This document shows, piece after piece, positions 1 through 8,158 of a stretch of 64,000 nucleotides of DNA. The stretch is from a virus. The stretch lies in IMG/VR virus record IMGVR_UViG_3300038409_000069, positions 6,377 through 70,376 of that record, one strand, 5' to 3'. Each line of letters opens with the position of its first letter. The stretch's first letter is position 1. Below the pieces are notes generated by a model, which had not been told where the DNA came from, did no database searches, and saw only the letters and a list, made by a program, of their open reading frames with translations. Both the position numbers and the translations under genes were made by a program.

Positions 1-1
1 T

Positions 2-304
2 GAATTGCCGCTTCCTGAGCCAGCCCCGCGCGTTTCTACGCTGGCTGAGACGGAAGCCCCTGCACGGAACGCTCCCACCAAGGAAGCCGTCCTCGCCGCA
101 GGCGATGCAATGTACGACGCAGGTTTCGACGTGAGCACCCATATCCTGGCTGAGGCGAAGAATTGGAGCCAAGCCACGGTGGACCGTCGCCTGCGTGGAG
201 CAGGCGAGACTTACGATCGGGACCTGAAGCAATGGAACCGCTGGCCGCGTAGATTCGCATCGGCTCCCCGGCAGAAATGGTCCCCGGCCCGAAGCGTGGC
301 TTGA
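2..304 (+). CDS. hypothetical protein, 5' end probably outside the window
   Basis: Frame is open from the window edge to TGA at 302-304; sequence looks like protein. Confidence 0.5.
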   Translation, partial: ELPLPEPAPRVSTLAETEAPARNAPTKEAVLAAGDAMYDAGFDVSTHILAEAKNWSQATVDRRLRGAGETYDRDLKQWNRWPRRFASAPRQKWSPARSVA

Positions 305-307
305 GCC

Positions 308-562
308 TCATCCATCCCGGCCCAAACGCTTCAGGGCGTCGTTGACGATGGTTCTCGCGGGCTCCTGAGCAAATGCATCGGCAAGGCGGCTGCCAACCAC
401 CACGTAGCAAGATGGCTCGGGCGTCTTGGTGTCAGCCATCACGATGTGGAGCAACCCGCATTTGCGACACCGGAACATGTCCTCGGCATAGACGTCCGGA
501 ACCAAGTCCCATTTGTGATAGCACTTCGCGACATAGTCCCAGTATCGTTTTGGCGGTTTCAT
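308..562 (-). CDS. small hypothetical protein with a CxxC motif
   Basis: ATG with GAGGGG RBS; CYHKW...CRKCG. Confidence 0.55.
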   Translation of the reverse strand: MKPPKRYWDYVAKCYHKWDLVPDVYAEDMFRCRKCGLLHIVMADTKTPEPSCYVVVGSRLADAFAQEPARTIVNDALKRLGRDG

Positions 563-697
563 CCCCTCACCCTACTCCGCTTCGCGGGGCAAGTGAAAGC
601 CGATTGAGTTTTCCGAAAATTTCGGATAGCTGAATCTCGCCTTCCTTCCGGTTGCCCGGGTCCAACGGGGCAGGCAAAAAGCGGTTAGCGGCTCGCG

Positions 698-958
698 TCA
701 GCGGGCCGCTTTCGTTTCGGACTCCCGTTGCATCGCTGCACGCAAGTCCCCGCCGACCTTCTGGAAGTCTTCGTGAAGGCCGTTCTGCCCGATGCGCCGG
801 CGCGCCTCGTCAAGCGTCGGAAACAGGCTCAACGGAAAACGCGGAGTGTATCGGCGCTCCCAATGGCTGAAGCCTCGCGCCAAAACGTAGCCCGCCATGA
901 ACAAACCAAAGAGCACAGTCGGAACGCCGACCAGCGCAACCAGGATAACGCCAAGCAT
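698..958 (-). CDS. hypothetical membrane protein
   Basis: N-terminal hydrophobic helix LGVILVALVGVPTVLFGLFMAGYV. Confidence 0.55.
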   Translation of the reverse strand: MLGVILVALVGVPTVLFGLFMAGYVLARGFSHWERRYTPRFPLSLFPTLDEARRRIGQNGLHEDFQKVGGDLRAAMQRESETKAAR

Positions 959-967
959 GCCGTCACC

Positions 968-1168
968 CTATTCCACTTTGTTGGGCAAGTGAAACCCGAT
1001 CGGATGCTTCTCCTGTTCGACCACAGGGCCGCGCTCGGCGCATTCGATGAAAGCTTGGGAGAGAGACTTGCAGCAGCGCAGATGGCGCTTCTCCCGAGGA
1101 GGAGCCGGCCCTACGCCGCTTGCAGAGCCGTTGCCGTAGAAGACGGGGTAGGACCAGTCGTCGGTCAT
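968..1168 (-). CDS. hypothetical protein
   Basis: ATGA overlap with the o-spanin stop; C-terminal PIGF motif. Confidence 0.5.
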   Translation of the reverse strand: MTDDWSYPVFYGNGSASGVGPAPPREKRHLRCCKSLSQAFIECAERGPVVEQEKHPIGFHLPNKVE

Positions 1169-1464
1169 TCAGCAGCCTCATTGTGCGCGTCGATCGCCTT
1201 CACCAGCTTGTCGGCGCGGTCGCGTTCGCAGGCGCCATGCTCGCCTTGAGCGAGCGAGAATTGCGACAAGGCGGTTTCGGTGAGCGGCGCGTCTGGCAGG
1301 GCTGGGACGGCGCACGGCGTCCTAAGCGCCTGATCCACATCCAGCCGGGAGTTGACCGTTCGAATCGGGGTAGAGGCACAGCCTACCAAGAGCGCTGCGA
1401 TAAGCGCGCTCGAGATCGGCGTCCAGGAGCTTTTCGACTTGCGGGGCTGCGCGGGTGATCTCAT
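1165..1464 (-). CDS. o-spanin (Rz1-like outer membrane lipoprotein)
   Basis: Lipobox ALIAALLVGC followed by Pro-rich LRTPCAVPALP and a further Cys; overlaps the 3' end of the i-spanin in another frame. Confidence 0.7.
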   Translation of the reverse strand: MRSPAQPRKSKSSWTPISSALIAALLVGCASTPIRTVNSRLDVDQALRTPCAVPALPDAPLTETALSQFSLAQGEHGACERDRADKLVKAIDAHNEAAE

Positions 1465-1735
1465 CTCTTCCTCGTTGAGCATTGGCGGCGATGCGCTCGC
1501 GGTTGACGGCGTGTTCGGTTCCGATGGCGGCGACTTCCTTCCGCGACTCCTCGCGGTGTTGGGCTGCGCGGCGATCGCTTTCAGCGTATTGATTGCGCAC
1601 CTCATGTCCGCCGTCCCTTCTTCCGTCTCGATAGCGCCATTCGGCCCAAGCGAGCGCAAACAGGATCGCAGCCAGATAGAGCGCGATGCGTTGCCAGGGA
1701 AAGGACGGAAACCCTGGCAACCGTGCAAAGCCCAT
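1322..1735 (-). CDS. i-spanin (Rz-like); the frame is open further upstream to 1936
   Basis: Single TM helix IALYLAAILFALAWA, then a coiled-coil periplasmic domain with C-terminal Cys residues. Confidence 0.7.
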   Translation of the reverse strand: MGFARLPGFPSFPWQRIALYLAAILFALAWAEWRYRDGRRDGGHEVRNQYAESDRRAAQHREESRKEVAAIGTEHAVNRERIAANAQRGRDEITRAAPQVEKLLDADLERAYRSALGRLCLYPDSNGQLPAGCGSGA

Positions 1736-1972
1736 TACGCCGGTCAAATTCTGATTAGGTCTCTGCCTCTCCGGACCGAAGCGGAGCTTATTCCCAAGGC
1801 GAATTATCGCGGATATTCCCTTCGCGAATAGGGCGCGGAGGATGCGCCAGACGAAAAGCGCTCCGGCTTTCAGGGCGCGCCCGATCTTCACTTCGCCCTC
1901 CAGCAATAGGCGGAGGTTCTGGGGGCTGGGGTCCATACGCCCATGTTCGCACGGCTGGCGGGCGCGTGGACT

Positions 1973-2395
1973 TTAGGTTGGCGGCTTCCAAAACTGATGG
2001 ACGTTCGACCAGCTCCGCCCGCCGTGGCGCGGACAAAATATGCCTTCCCGTCGCAATCGAGCCCAAATCTGGATTCGGCTTTCATTTTTGGGGTGCCAAG
2101 ATGGAGGCTCATACAGGCGCACCAGGGCCCAATTTCGGCAACGCACCCCTTTGGCGGTCATGGCACTGCATTGCAGCTCTTCGTGCCATTGTTCACTTCT
2201 CCAAGCGCGATAGTCTTCAACACTAACGCCTTCGTTCTTCGCCTCCATTGCGTCCCAATCATCTAGCCATTGCAAAACGTCCGTGTCATCGACATCCGTC
2301 TGCCATGCTGTAATTGACAGGCCGCTTTGTGAGAGCAGACGAACCACCGCTCGAATCTTGCGGCGCGATCTGTCGGAAAGGTGCGGCCCGCTCAT
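1973..2395 (-). CDS. hypothetical protein with a C3H zinc-finger-like motif
   Basis: QCSAMTAKGVRCRN...FCPRHGG; ATGA overlap with the upstream RHH gene. Confidence 0.6.
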   Translation of the reverse strand: MSGPHLSDRSRRKIRAVVRLLSQSGLSITAWQTDVDDTDVLQWLDDWDAMEAKNEGVSVEDYRAWRSEQWHEELQCSAMTAKGVRCRNWALVRLYEPPSWHPKNESRIQIWARLRREGIFCPRHGGRSWSNVHQFWKPPT

Positions 2396-2646
2396 TTCGT
2401 TCGTCCTCTCACCATGCGCTCAAAGACCCGCAGGGCCTCTTCCGGGGTCGGTTCGTTGGCGACGCCATTCGCCTGCAAAGACCTGAGCCCGGCGAGAATC
2501 GCGCCCTTGCGCCCACCGTGCGCGCCCTTCAATGCGTCGAGAAGCTTTATCTCATCCGCACGGAGTGCGACGGAAACGACTTTCGTTCCCGTGCGTTCGC
2601 GGCTCTTGGCCGTTGCCTCGGATGAGGTTTGCGCGCGCTTCGCCAT
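2392..2646 (-). CDS. ribbon-helix-helix DNA-binding protein
   Basis: KVVSVALRADEIKLLDAL...GGRKGAILAGL fits a beta-alpha-alpha pattern. Confidence 0.65.
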   Translation of the reverse strand: MAKRAQTSSEATAKSRERTGTKVVSVALRADEIKLLDALKGAHGGRKGAILAGLRSLQANGVANEPTPEEALRVFERMVRGRTK

Positions 2647-2652
2647 GAAATT

Positions 2653-2703
2653 TGCATAGCACGCTGCTTTTAGCTTGACAATAGCATGCTATAAGCTTAT
2701 CTT
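2653..2703. promoter_or_regulatory. back-to-back sigma70 promoters with a palindromic operator
   Basis: Plus strand TTGACA(2675-2680)-17nt-TATCTT; minus strand TTGTCA-17nt-TATGCA, 6 nt before ATG 2646; perfect palindrome ATAGCATGCTAT at 2681-2692 and a degenerate copy at 2656-2667. Confidence 0.75.
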
Positions 2704-2809
2704 GCCGCCTGTTCGGAGCGGCCCGAACATCCCAAATCACAGCCCTTTGCGCCCGGCGACTGAACCTCGCCGGGCGCTTCGCCGCAAAGGGCGCATCGGG
2801 AGCAATCCG

Positions 2810-3565
2810 ATGGCAAAGAATATCACCTCAGCGCCCCGCCGTTTCAAGCGGCTGAGCGTCGAGCTTCGAAACCTTCCGCTGGCCGTCCTGGTCGTCGTCA
2901 TCTCGATCTGCATCGAGGTCTACGCAACAGGCGGCATATTTCAGCAAAACACCGCTTCGGTTTCGATCTTCGGATTGGGCGTCGCGCTCGCGCCCGTCGA
3001 AGCGGCCATCTCCCTGGGGCTGGGTCTGCTCAGCCTCTGGTGTGCAATGACTGCCGCGGCTCTCAGGGCCGATCCGCGGTCCGATCAGAAGGCCCGGGCG
3101 TTCGGCGCGCAGGCTCTTGCGTTTGTCCTGCTCTGCGCTCCGATCTACTATGCTGGAAATTCGTTCGCATTCCAGCGTCAACTCGCGGACTATCGCGAGT
3201 ATTCAGGCTCAGAAGCTGAGCGCGCCGATCGAATGCTCGCGTTCGATGACGGCGCCGACAGCCGAGCCCGCGGCGACGCTGCGGAGAGCCTCAAGAACGG
3301 CGTCGAACCACAAGCCGCGCGGTTCGACTTTTTGTGCACGCTGTGGGCCGCGTTCCTTTACGTGGTGAACATGGCGGCGGCCCGCCTTGGTTGGCGCCCT
3401 CGTCCGGAAACGGACGCGGAGGCCAAGGCCCGGGAAGCGGCGGTCCGGGCGGCGAAGGCCGCTCAGACCCGCGAGCGCAACAAGAAGGCAGCCGACAAGG
3501 CCCGCCGCCAAGCCGAACGCGATGCAGCCCGCAAGGCCGGTCGCGGATTTCTCAGGGTCGTTTGA
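2810..3565 (+). CDS. multi-pass membrane protein (moron)
   Basis: GGGAG RBS and ATG 2810; about 4 hydrophobic helices and a basic Ala-rich coiled C-terminus; has its own promoter and terminator. Confidence 0.75.
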   Translation: MAKNITSAPRRFKRLSVELRNLPLAVLVVVISICIEVYATGGIFQQNTASVSIFGLGVALAPVEAAISLGLGLLSLWCAMTAAALRADPRSDQKARAFGAQALAFVLLCAPIYYAGNSFAFQRQLADYREYSGSEAERADRMLAFDDGADSRARGDAAESLKNGVEPQAARFDFLCTLWAAFLYVVNMAAARLGWRPRPETDAEAKAREAAVRAAKAAQTRERNKKAADKARRQAERDAARKAGRGFLRVV

Positions 3566-3569
3566 TCCG

Positions 3570-3606
3570 AAGCGCTCCGTCTCCTAACCGAGGCGGAGCG
3601 CTTTTT
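3570..3606 (+). terminator. rho-independent terminator
   Basis: AAGCGCTCCGTCTC-ctaacc-GAGGCGGAGCGCTT followed by a T-run, right after the stop codon. Confidence 0.8.
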
Positions 3607-3818
3607 GCGTCGCGGGCCGGGCGCTACTCCGGCTGCTCGCCATTCAACCCGCCAGCCAATATGGACGGGACCGAGCCTGTCGAAACTGGCATTCGACGCG
3701 TGTCTGCTTTCCACGCCGCCGCGACGCCTCCCTTATACGCTGCTTCGCGGCCCGGTGGAATCCTGTTGCGCCCGGCGGAGGGGGCGGTAGGGTGCGATCA
3801 AAATGCGTGGGGAGTGCA

Positions 3819-4622
3819 ATGTCGGTTTTGTTCGCCGAACCAGCCGTTAGTCGTGATGAGGCTGCGCGTCTGGTTTCGTCTGTTAAGTGGTTCCATCGGG
3901 TCGAGCCGATCGAGGGCATGATCGCTCCCGGATATGTTCCGCCCCAGGGCTCATACGACGCCGCCGGCTATGCGGATTCCCTCCAATTGGGAGACATTCG
4001 CGGGAAGCGCATCCTCGAAATCGGTACATGGGACGGCCCGATGGCCTACGAACTCGCCAAGCGCGGCGCCGACGTTGTCGCCAGCGACATTCAAGACCCG
4101 AAGCACACCGGATTCAATGTCCTGGGTAAGATCGGCGGCTTCAAGGTGCCCTATGTGCGGACATCGGTGTACGATCTGCACAAGCATTTCAAGCCCGCGA
4201 CCTTCGACATCGTCCTCTTCCTTGGTGTTTTTTATCACCTGAAGCACCCGCTCATGGCGTTCGAGAAAATCGCCTCCGTATTGAAACTCGGCGGGCAGAT
4301 TCGCTGCGAAGGCGCAGGGATCGGCCCCTATTTCGAGAACCTGTCGAGCGAGCCGGTTTTGCTGCCCGCGCATGTATTCGAAACCCTCAACGCGATGGAC
4401 GAGGCTGGTGTCCCTCTGGCGCTCTCATATCCCGGCACGTTTCGAAAGGGCGAGAACTGGTTCCTACCGAACAAGACCGCGCTCAAGGGCTGGATGCAGG
4501 CTGCGGGCTTTGATGTGGACGGCGTCTGGATGATGCTAACCGACGAGGCCCGCGGCGTTGTTCGGCTTGGCGGGCGCGCCACGAAGGTTGGACGCCCGAC
4601 CGAGGAGCACAAGATCGTTTAG
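3819..4622 (+). CDS. class I SAM-dependent methyltransferase (DUF1698/CmoB-like fold)
   Basis: GKRILEIGTWDG motif I; FDIVLFLGVFYHLKHP; GGAG RBS. Confidence 0.85.
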   Translation: MSVLFAEPAVSRDEAARLVSSVKWFHRVEPIEGMIAPGYVPPQGSYDAAGYADSLQLGDIRGKRILEIGTWDGPMAYELAKRGADVVASDIQDPKHTGFNVLGKIGGFKVPYVRTSVYDLHKHFKPATFDIVLFLGVFYHLKHPLMAFEKIASVLKLGGQIRCEGAGIGPYFENLSSEPVLLPAHVFETLNAMDEAGVPLALSYPGTFRKGENWFLPNKTALKGWMQAAGFDVDGVWMMLTDEARGVVRLGGRATKVGRPTEEHKIV

Positions 4623-7492
4623 CCGCCGAGCGCCTTCAAGCGCTGGTTCAATGTCTCGATGAGGACGGCCTGAGTTTCGACCGTCTCAATCAGCCGCTGG
4701 ATCCATTCGCCGGTCGCGAGTCCTTTGACCGGATCGAGCTTCGCCTCGTTCGGCAGCGCGGTTAGGTGGCCCTTCTCGCGCCAATGCTTTGCGTAGCCGT
4801 CCAGCGTGAGCGGATCGTGTTCCGTGCCGAGTCGCGCCTGGAATTTGCGAGCGCCCTCGTGAATGCGCGGCTCGATGCGGTCCGGCGTTGCGGAAACCTC
4901 CACCAGCACCGGAATGCGCGCGACCTTCTGGCGCTCGACGAGGATGGGATCGCCCGCCTCATCCTTCTCGCCCGTCGCAATCTGCTCCATGAGCGGCGCG
5001 CCAGCATCGTCGAATAGCGGCAGTTCGTCAAATACGGGTTCGTCGAATTCTACTTCGCTCTCGATCTGCACAGCGCGGCCGTCGCGTCGCTCAATCGAGC
5101 GCACGACCTTGCGCGCCCTGCGCGTGGCTTGAACTTGATGCGCCGGACTGCCAGCATGCACTCGATCCGGCGCTTTGCCGTCCCAGAACGTAAGGTCGAC
5201 GAGCTTCGCCGGGTCGACCTCGCCAGCCTCGCGCGCAACCGCAGCGGCGAGCGGGTAGCAGGTGAGCTGCGTGTTGTCGTCATAGACAGCCGTTGCATTG
5301 ATCGTTCCGGCGCCTTTCGCGCCGCCAGTCGCCGCGCCGACGACGATGCTGACGCCGGTCACATTCAGCGTTGTAGCCGAGTGATCGTATTGAAACCAAA
5401 CCGTGGAGCCAGCATATACTTCTATATCGGTCGCTTTGCTCGCATGCGAGCCGCCGTACAGAGCAAAATTAGCTCCGTCGTTGAACGCATTCCCGCCCGC
5501 GAACCTGACCGATTGGTCGGCCGTGGCATTTTTCAAGACGTAACCCACGCCAGATGCGCCGTATGTCAGATCAGAGTCCGCAATCTGAATGCGCTCAGCG
5601 GTGGCGTTGTCGTCGATGCCCGGAGACGTAAACGATGTAGTGGCAATCAGACTAGGAAAGGAATTATTCCCATCCAGCGTCAGAGTGCGGTCCGCGTCTC
5701 CAGTCGTGACGGTCAGCGTGCGGTTGGCGGTAAGGTTCGACCCTGGCTTGACAATGAGATTGTGGGAGCCGTCCGTATCGCGAAGATAGAGCCCCTCGTT
5801 GGCGAAAATGCGAAGTCCGTCTTCGGTTTCGTAGAGGGACGCGATTGCGCCCGCCTCCGCGGTCGGAACCGCAGAGCCGCTTTCCGCAATGATCGAAAAG
5901 AAATTGTCGGCCGCGTCGACTGTTCCGTTCTTGGACAGAATGGCGCCGGTCGATTGCACGCGAAACCACCAGTTCGCCCGGCAATTCTGGAGCGCGCCTG
6001 CGCCGGCCTGTAGCTCGATGCCATTCCCCGACCCGCTGGGCCGCTGCACCATCAGACCAAAAATCAGATTCGAATCGGAGTTACCCGCTTTCCAGCCGAT
6101 CCCGTCCGTGTGGCTGATTCGAATGCGCTGGTAATTGTTATGATTGATGTTGTTCGTTGCCGTGCCGGCGCCCCAGGTCCAGCCGTTCGCGGTACTGGAC
6201 GCCTGAACGTCGATGTCATCCCAAACGTTGAGCTGCACCGTGTCGTCGCCGGTGTTTACGTCCTCGTGGATTTGATCGGACGTGGCGCCGGTGCAGACGA
6301 GTCGTGCGAAATTGCCGCCCGTGTGTCCGCGCAAATCAAGACAGCGCGTCGCAAGGGAGTTGCCGTCCAACACAATATCTGCGATCTGGAGACCGGTGGT
6401 GTTCCCCGTTGCGCTGTCGCATAGGATCATGGCGGAGCTTCCGCCTGTCCACTTCAGCGTCGTTCCGTATTGACCGTTTGTCGCGCCGCCCGCGCCGCGA
6501 ATCTTGACGTTGTGCTTATCGGAGAGGTCGAGCTGGGCGCTGATTTCGATCGGATCGCCTTCCGGAGCATCCGGCAGCACGATCCACGGCCCGCCGCCGA
6601 CAGAATTGGCATAATCCGTCGCCGCATCGAGCGCGGCCCCATTCGCCGCCGCGGTCGCGGAATTGGAGACGCCCCACCACGCAGCCTGCCAATCGCCGTC
6701 GACAAGGCGCTGCCACGCCCCGCTAGATCCATCCGTATCGCTATTCGGCGCAACCCACATCCCAGCCTGCGGATCGGCCGTGACGTTCGCCGATTGATCG
6801 CCGCTGCGCCAGACGAAGACGCCCCCGCCACCATCTCCCGCAGTCGTTCTGGCGCGCATGATGACCGCATCGACGACGCCAGCGGTAAGCGCAGAAAGAG
6901 CGGCCTTCGTCGCGACTTCCAGCGTCGCATTGAGCGCCCCAACCGCTGCGTCTGTCGTGGACGCCGTCACCACAGTGGTTAAGGCGGCCGAGACGGAAGT
7001 GTTCGCTATCTGAGATAGGAGCGCGAAGCCGGTCGTGCTGATGCCGATGACGTAGCCAACGAAGGCGTCCAGGTCGGCGCCGTCGAGGTCTATCTCGGCG
7101 CTGAAGCCGTCATTCTGCAAGGCAGACAGCGGAAGGCGCGGAACGCCTCTTTTTAGCTGGAGATGCGTCTGATAGATGCGATCCCCAAAGGATTGCAGGG
7201 CGCTTGCTTGCGCTGAACTGAATCCCGCATTCGCAAAGACAGTCGCCTGGAAGGATTCGAAGTCAAGCGCGATGACGATGATCGAATCAACGGCTGGAGC
7301 GCTGTCGAACGTGACCGCGCCCCCGAGGTTCGAACTATTGAACGAAACGCTATATGCGGTAACGATCGCGCCATCGACCAATACGCTGAGGTCGTTCGCA
7401 CTCTGCACGTAAAAGTCAAACGTGAACTCGTCAGTGACCCCGTCGCCAATGAATGGGCCGCTGACCGTAATCTCTGAAGAAATGCCGCTCAT
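4619..7492 (-). CDS. tail fiber/tailspike: T7 gp17-like N-terminal anchor, beta-helix body, C-terminal chaperone-like region
   Basis: N-terminal GDGVTDEFTFDF...LSVLVDG; GDGGGGVFVW; WWGV...NGAALDAA pectate-lyase-like start; Asn/Gly/Thr-rich repeats; C-terminal coiled coil. Confidence 0.85.
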   Translation of the reverse strand: MSGISSEITVSGPFIGDGVTDEFTFDFYVQSANDLSVLVDGAIVTAYSVSFNSSNLGGAVTFDSAPAVDSIIVIALDFESFQATVFANAGFSSAQASALQSFGDRIYQTHLQLKRGVPRLPLSALQNDGFSAEIDLDGADLDAFVGYVIGISTTGFALLSQIANTSVSAALTTVVTASTTDAAVGALNATLEVATKAALSALTAGVVDAVIMRARTTAGDGGGGVFVWRSGDQSANVTADPQAGMWVAPNSDTDGSSGAWQRLVDGDWQAAWWGVSNSATAAANGAALDAATDYANSVGGGPWIVLPDAPEGDPIEISAQLDLSDKHNVKIRGAGGATNGQYGTTLKWTGGSSAMILCDSATGNTTGLQIADIVLDGNSLATRCLDLRGHTGGNFARLVCTGATSDQIHEDVNTGDDTVQLNVWDDIDVQASSTANGWTWGAGTATNNINHNNYQRIRISHTDGIGWKAGNSDSNLIFGLMVQRPSGSGNGIELQAGAGALQNCRANWWFRVQSTGAILSKNGTVDAADNFFSIIAESGSAVPTAEAGAIASLYETEDGLRIFANEGLYLRDTDGSHNLIVKPGSNLTANRTLTVTTGDADRTLTLDGNNSFPSLIATTSFTSPGIDDNATAERIQIADSDLTYGASGVGYVLKNATADQSVRFAGGNAFNDGANFALYGGSHASKATDIEVYAGSTVWFQYDHSATTLNVTGVSIVVGAATGGAKGAGTINATAVYDDNTQLTCYPLAAAVAREAGEVDPAKLVDLTFWDGKAPDRVHAGSPAHQVQATRRARKVVRSIERRDGRAVQIESEVEFDEPVFDELPLFDDAGAPLMEQIATGEKDEAGDPILVERQKVARIPVLVEVSATPDRIEPRIHEGARKFQARLGTEHDPLTLDGYAKHWREKGHLTALPNEAKLDPVKGLATGEWIQRLIETVETQAVLIETLNQRLKALGG

Positions 7493-7581
7493 GGGGTCGC
7501 ATTTTGCGGGCGTTTAGGGGGCGCGCGGGGTTGCGTGAGGGGAGGATTGGGGGCAGGGTCGGCCTCAAGGGAGGGGCCGAG

Positions 7582-8013
7582 GTGAAACGGCTATCCGGCT
7601 GGAAACGCCTTTGGATCGTGGGGGCTGTCGGTTGCTGGGCTTACGGAGCCTTTTGGCTGCCGCAGAACAGCGTTCTCATGGAGCCGCCCCCGACACGTGC
7701 AAACGCCGAAGTAGAATGTATGGCCACTTTGACCACTGAAGCGCCATCCGCTCAGCCACTGATGCCTGACGAGCAGCCGTCGTCCAACGAACGACTAAGC
7801 CAATGGTTGGACTCGCAACCTCTTAGAGAAGCCGATGCAGAGTGCGTGCGTCGCACCTTGCCGCGGCTACTCGGAGAGTACTGGAGCATGGCGGCTTTCG
7901 GAGTCCTCTCTGTCATTTTGTTTCCAATCATGGCCGGCCTGGGAATTCGGCTGGCGTTTCTGATCGGCCGTTGGGTTTGGCGCGGCTTCTTCCCGACGAA
8001 GCAGCGAGCTTAG
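7582..8013 (+). CDS. membrane protein, antisense insertion in the late region
   Basis: GGAGG RBS and GTG; GWKRLWIV N-terminal TM and C-terminal TM ending WVWRGF. Confidence 0.65.
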   Translation: MKRLSGWKRLWIVGAVGCWAYGAFWLPQNSVLMEPPPTRANAEVECMATLTTEAPSAQPLMPDEQPSSNERLSQWLDSQPLREADAECVRRTLPRLLGEYWSMAAFGVLSVILFPIMAGLGIRLAFLIGRWVWRGFFPTKQRA

Positions 8014-8158
8014 CATGCCCGTTGAAGCCGTCGCATTCCTTGGCGGACTGGGGCTCTTCGGCATTTTCTGCTGGGCCGCAATCCAAGACATGAACAGGCC
8101 GCGCAAGCGCCGCCGTTACCCTGGTCCGCCGGGCTCGCTTCGTCGCCATAAACGGGAG

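Noticed and set aside
4619-7492. BPP-1-type diversity-generating retroelement at the tail fiber
   Set aside because: Despite BPP-1-like head genes, no reverse transcriptase and no TR/VR repeat pair were seen.
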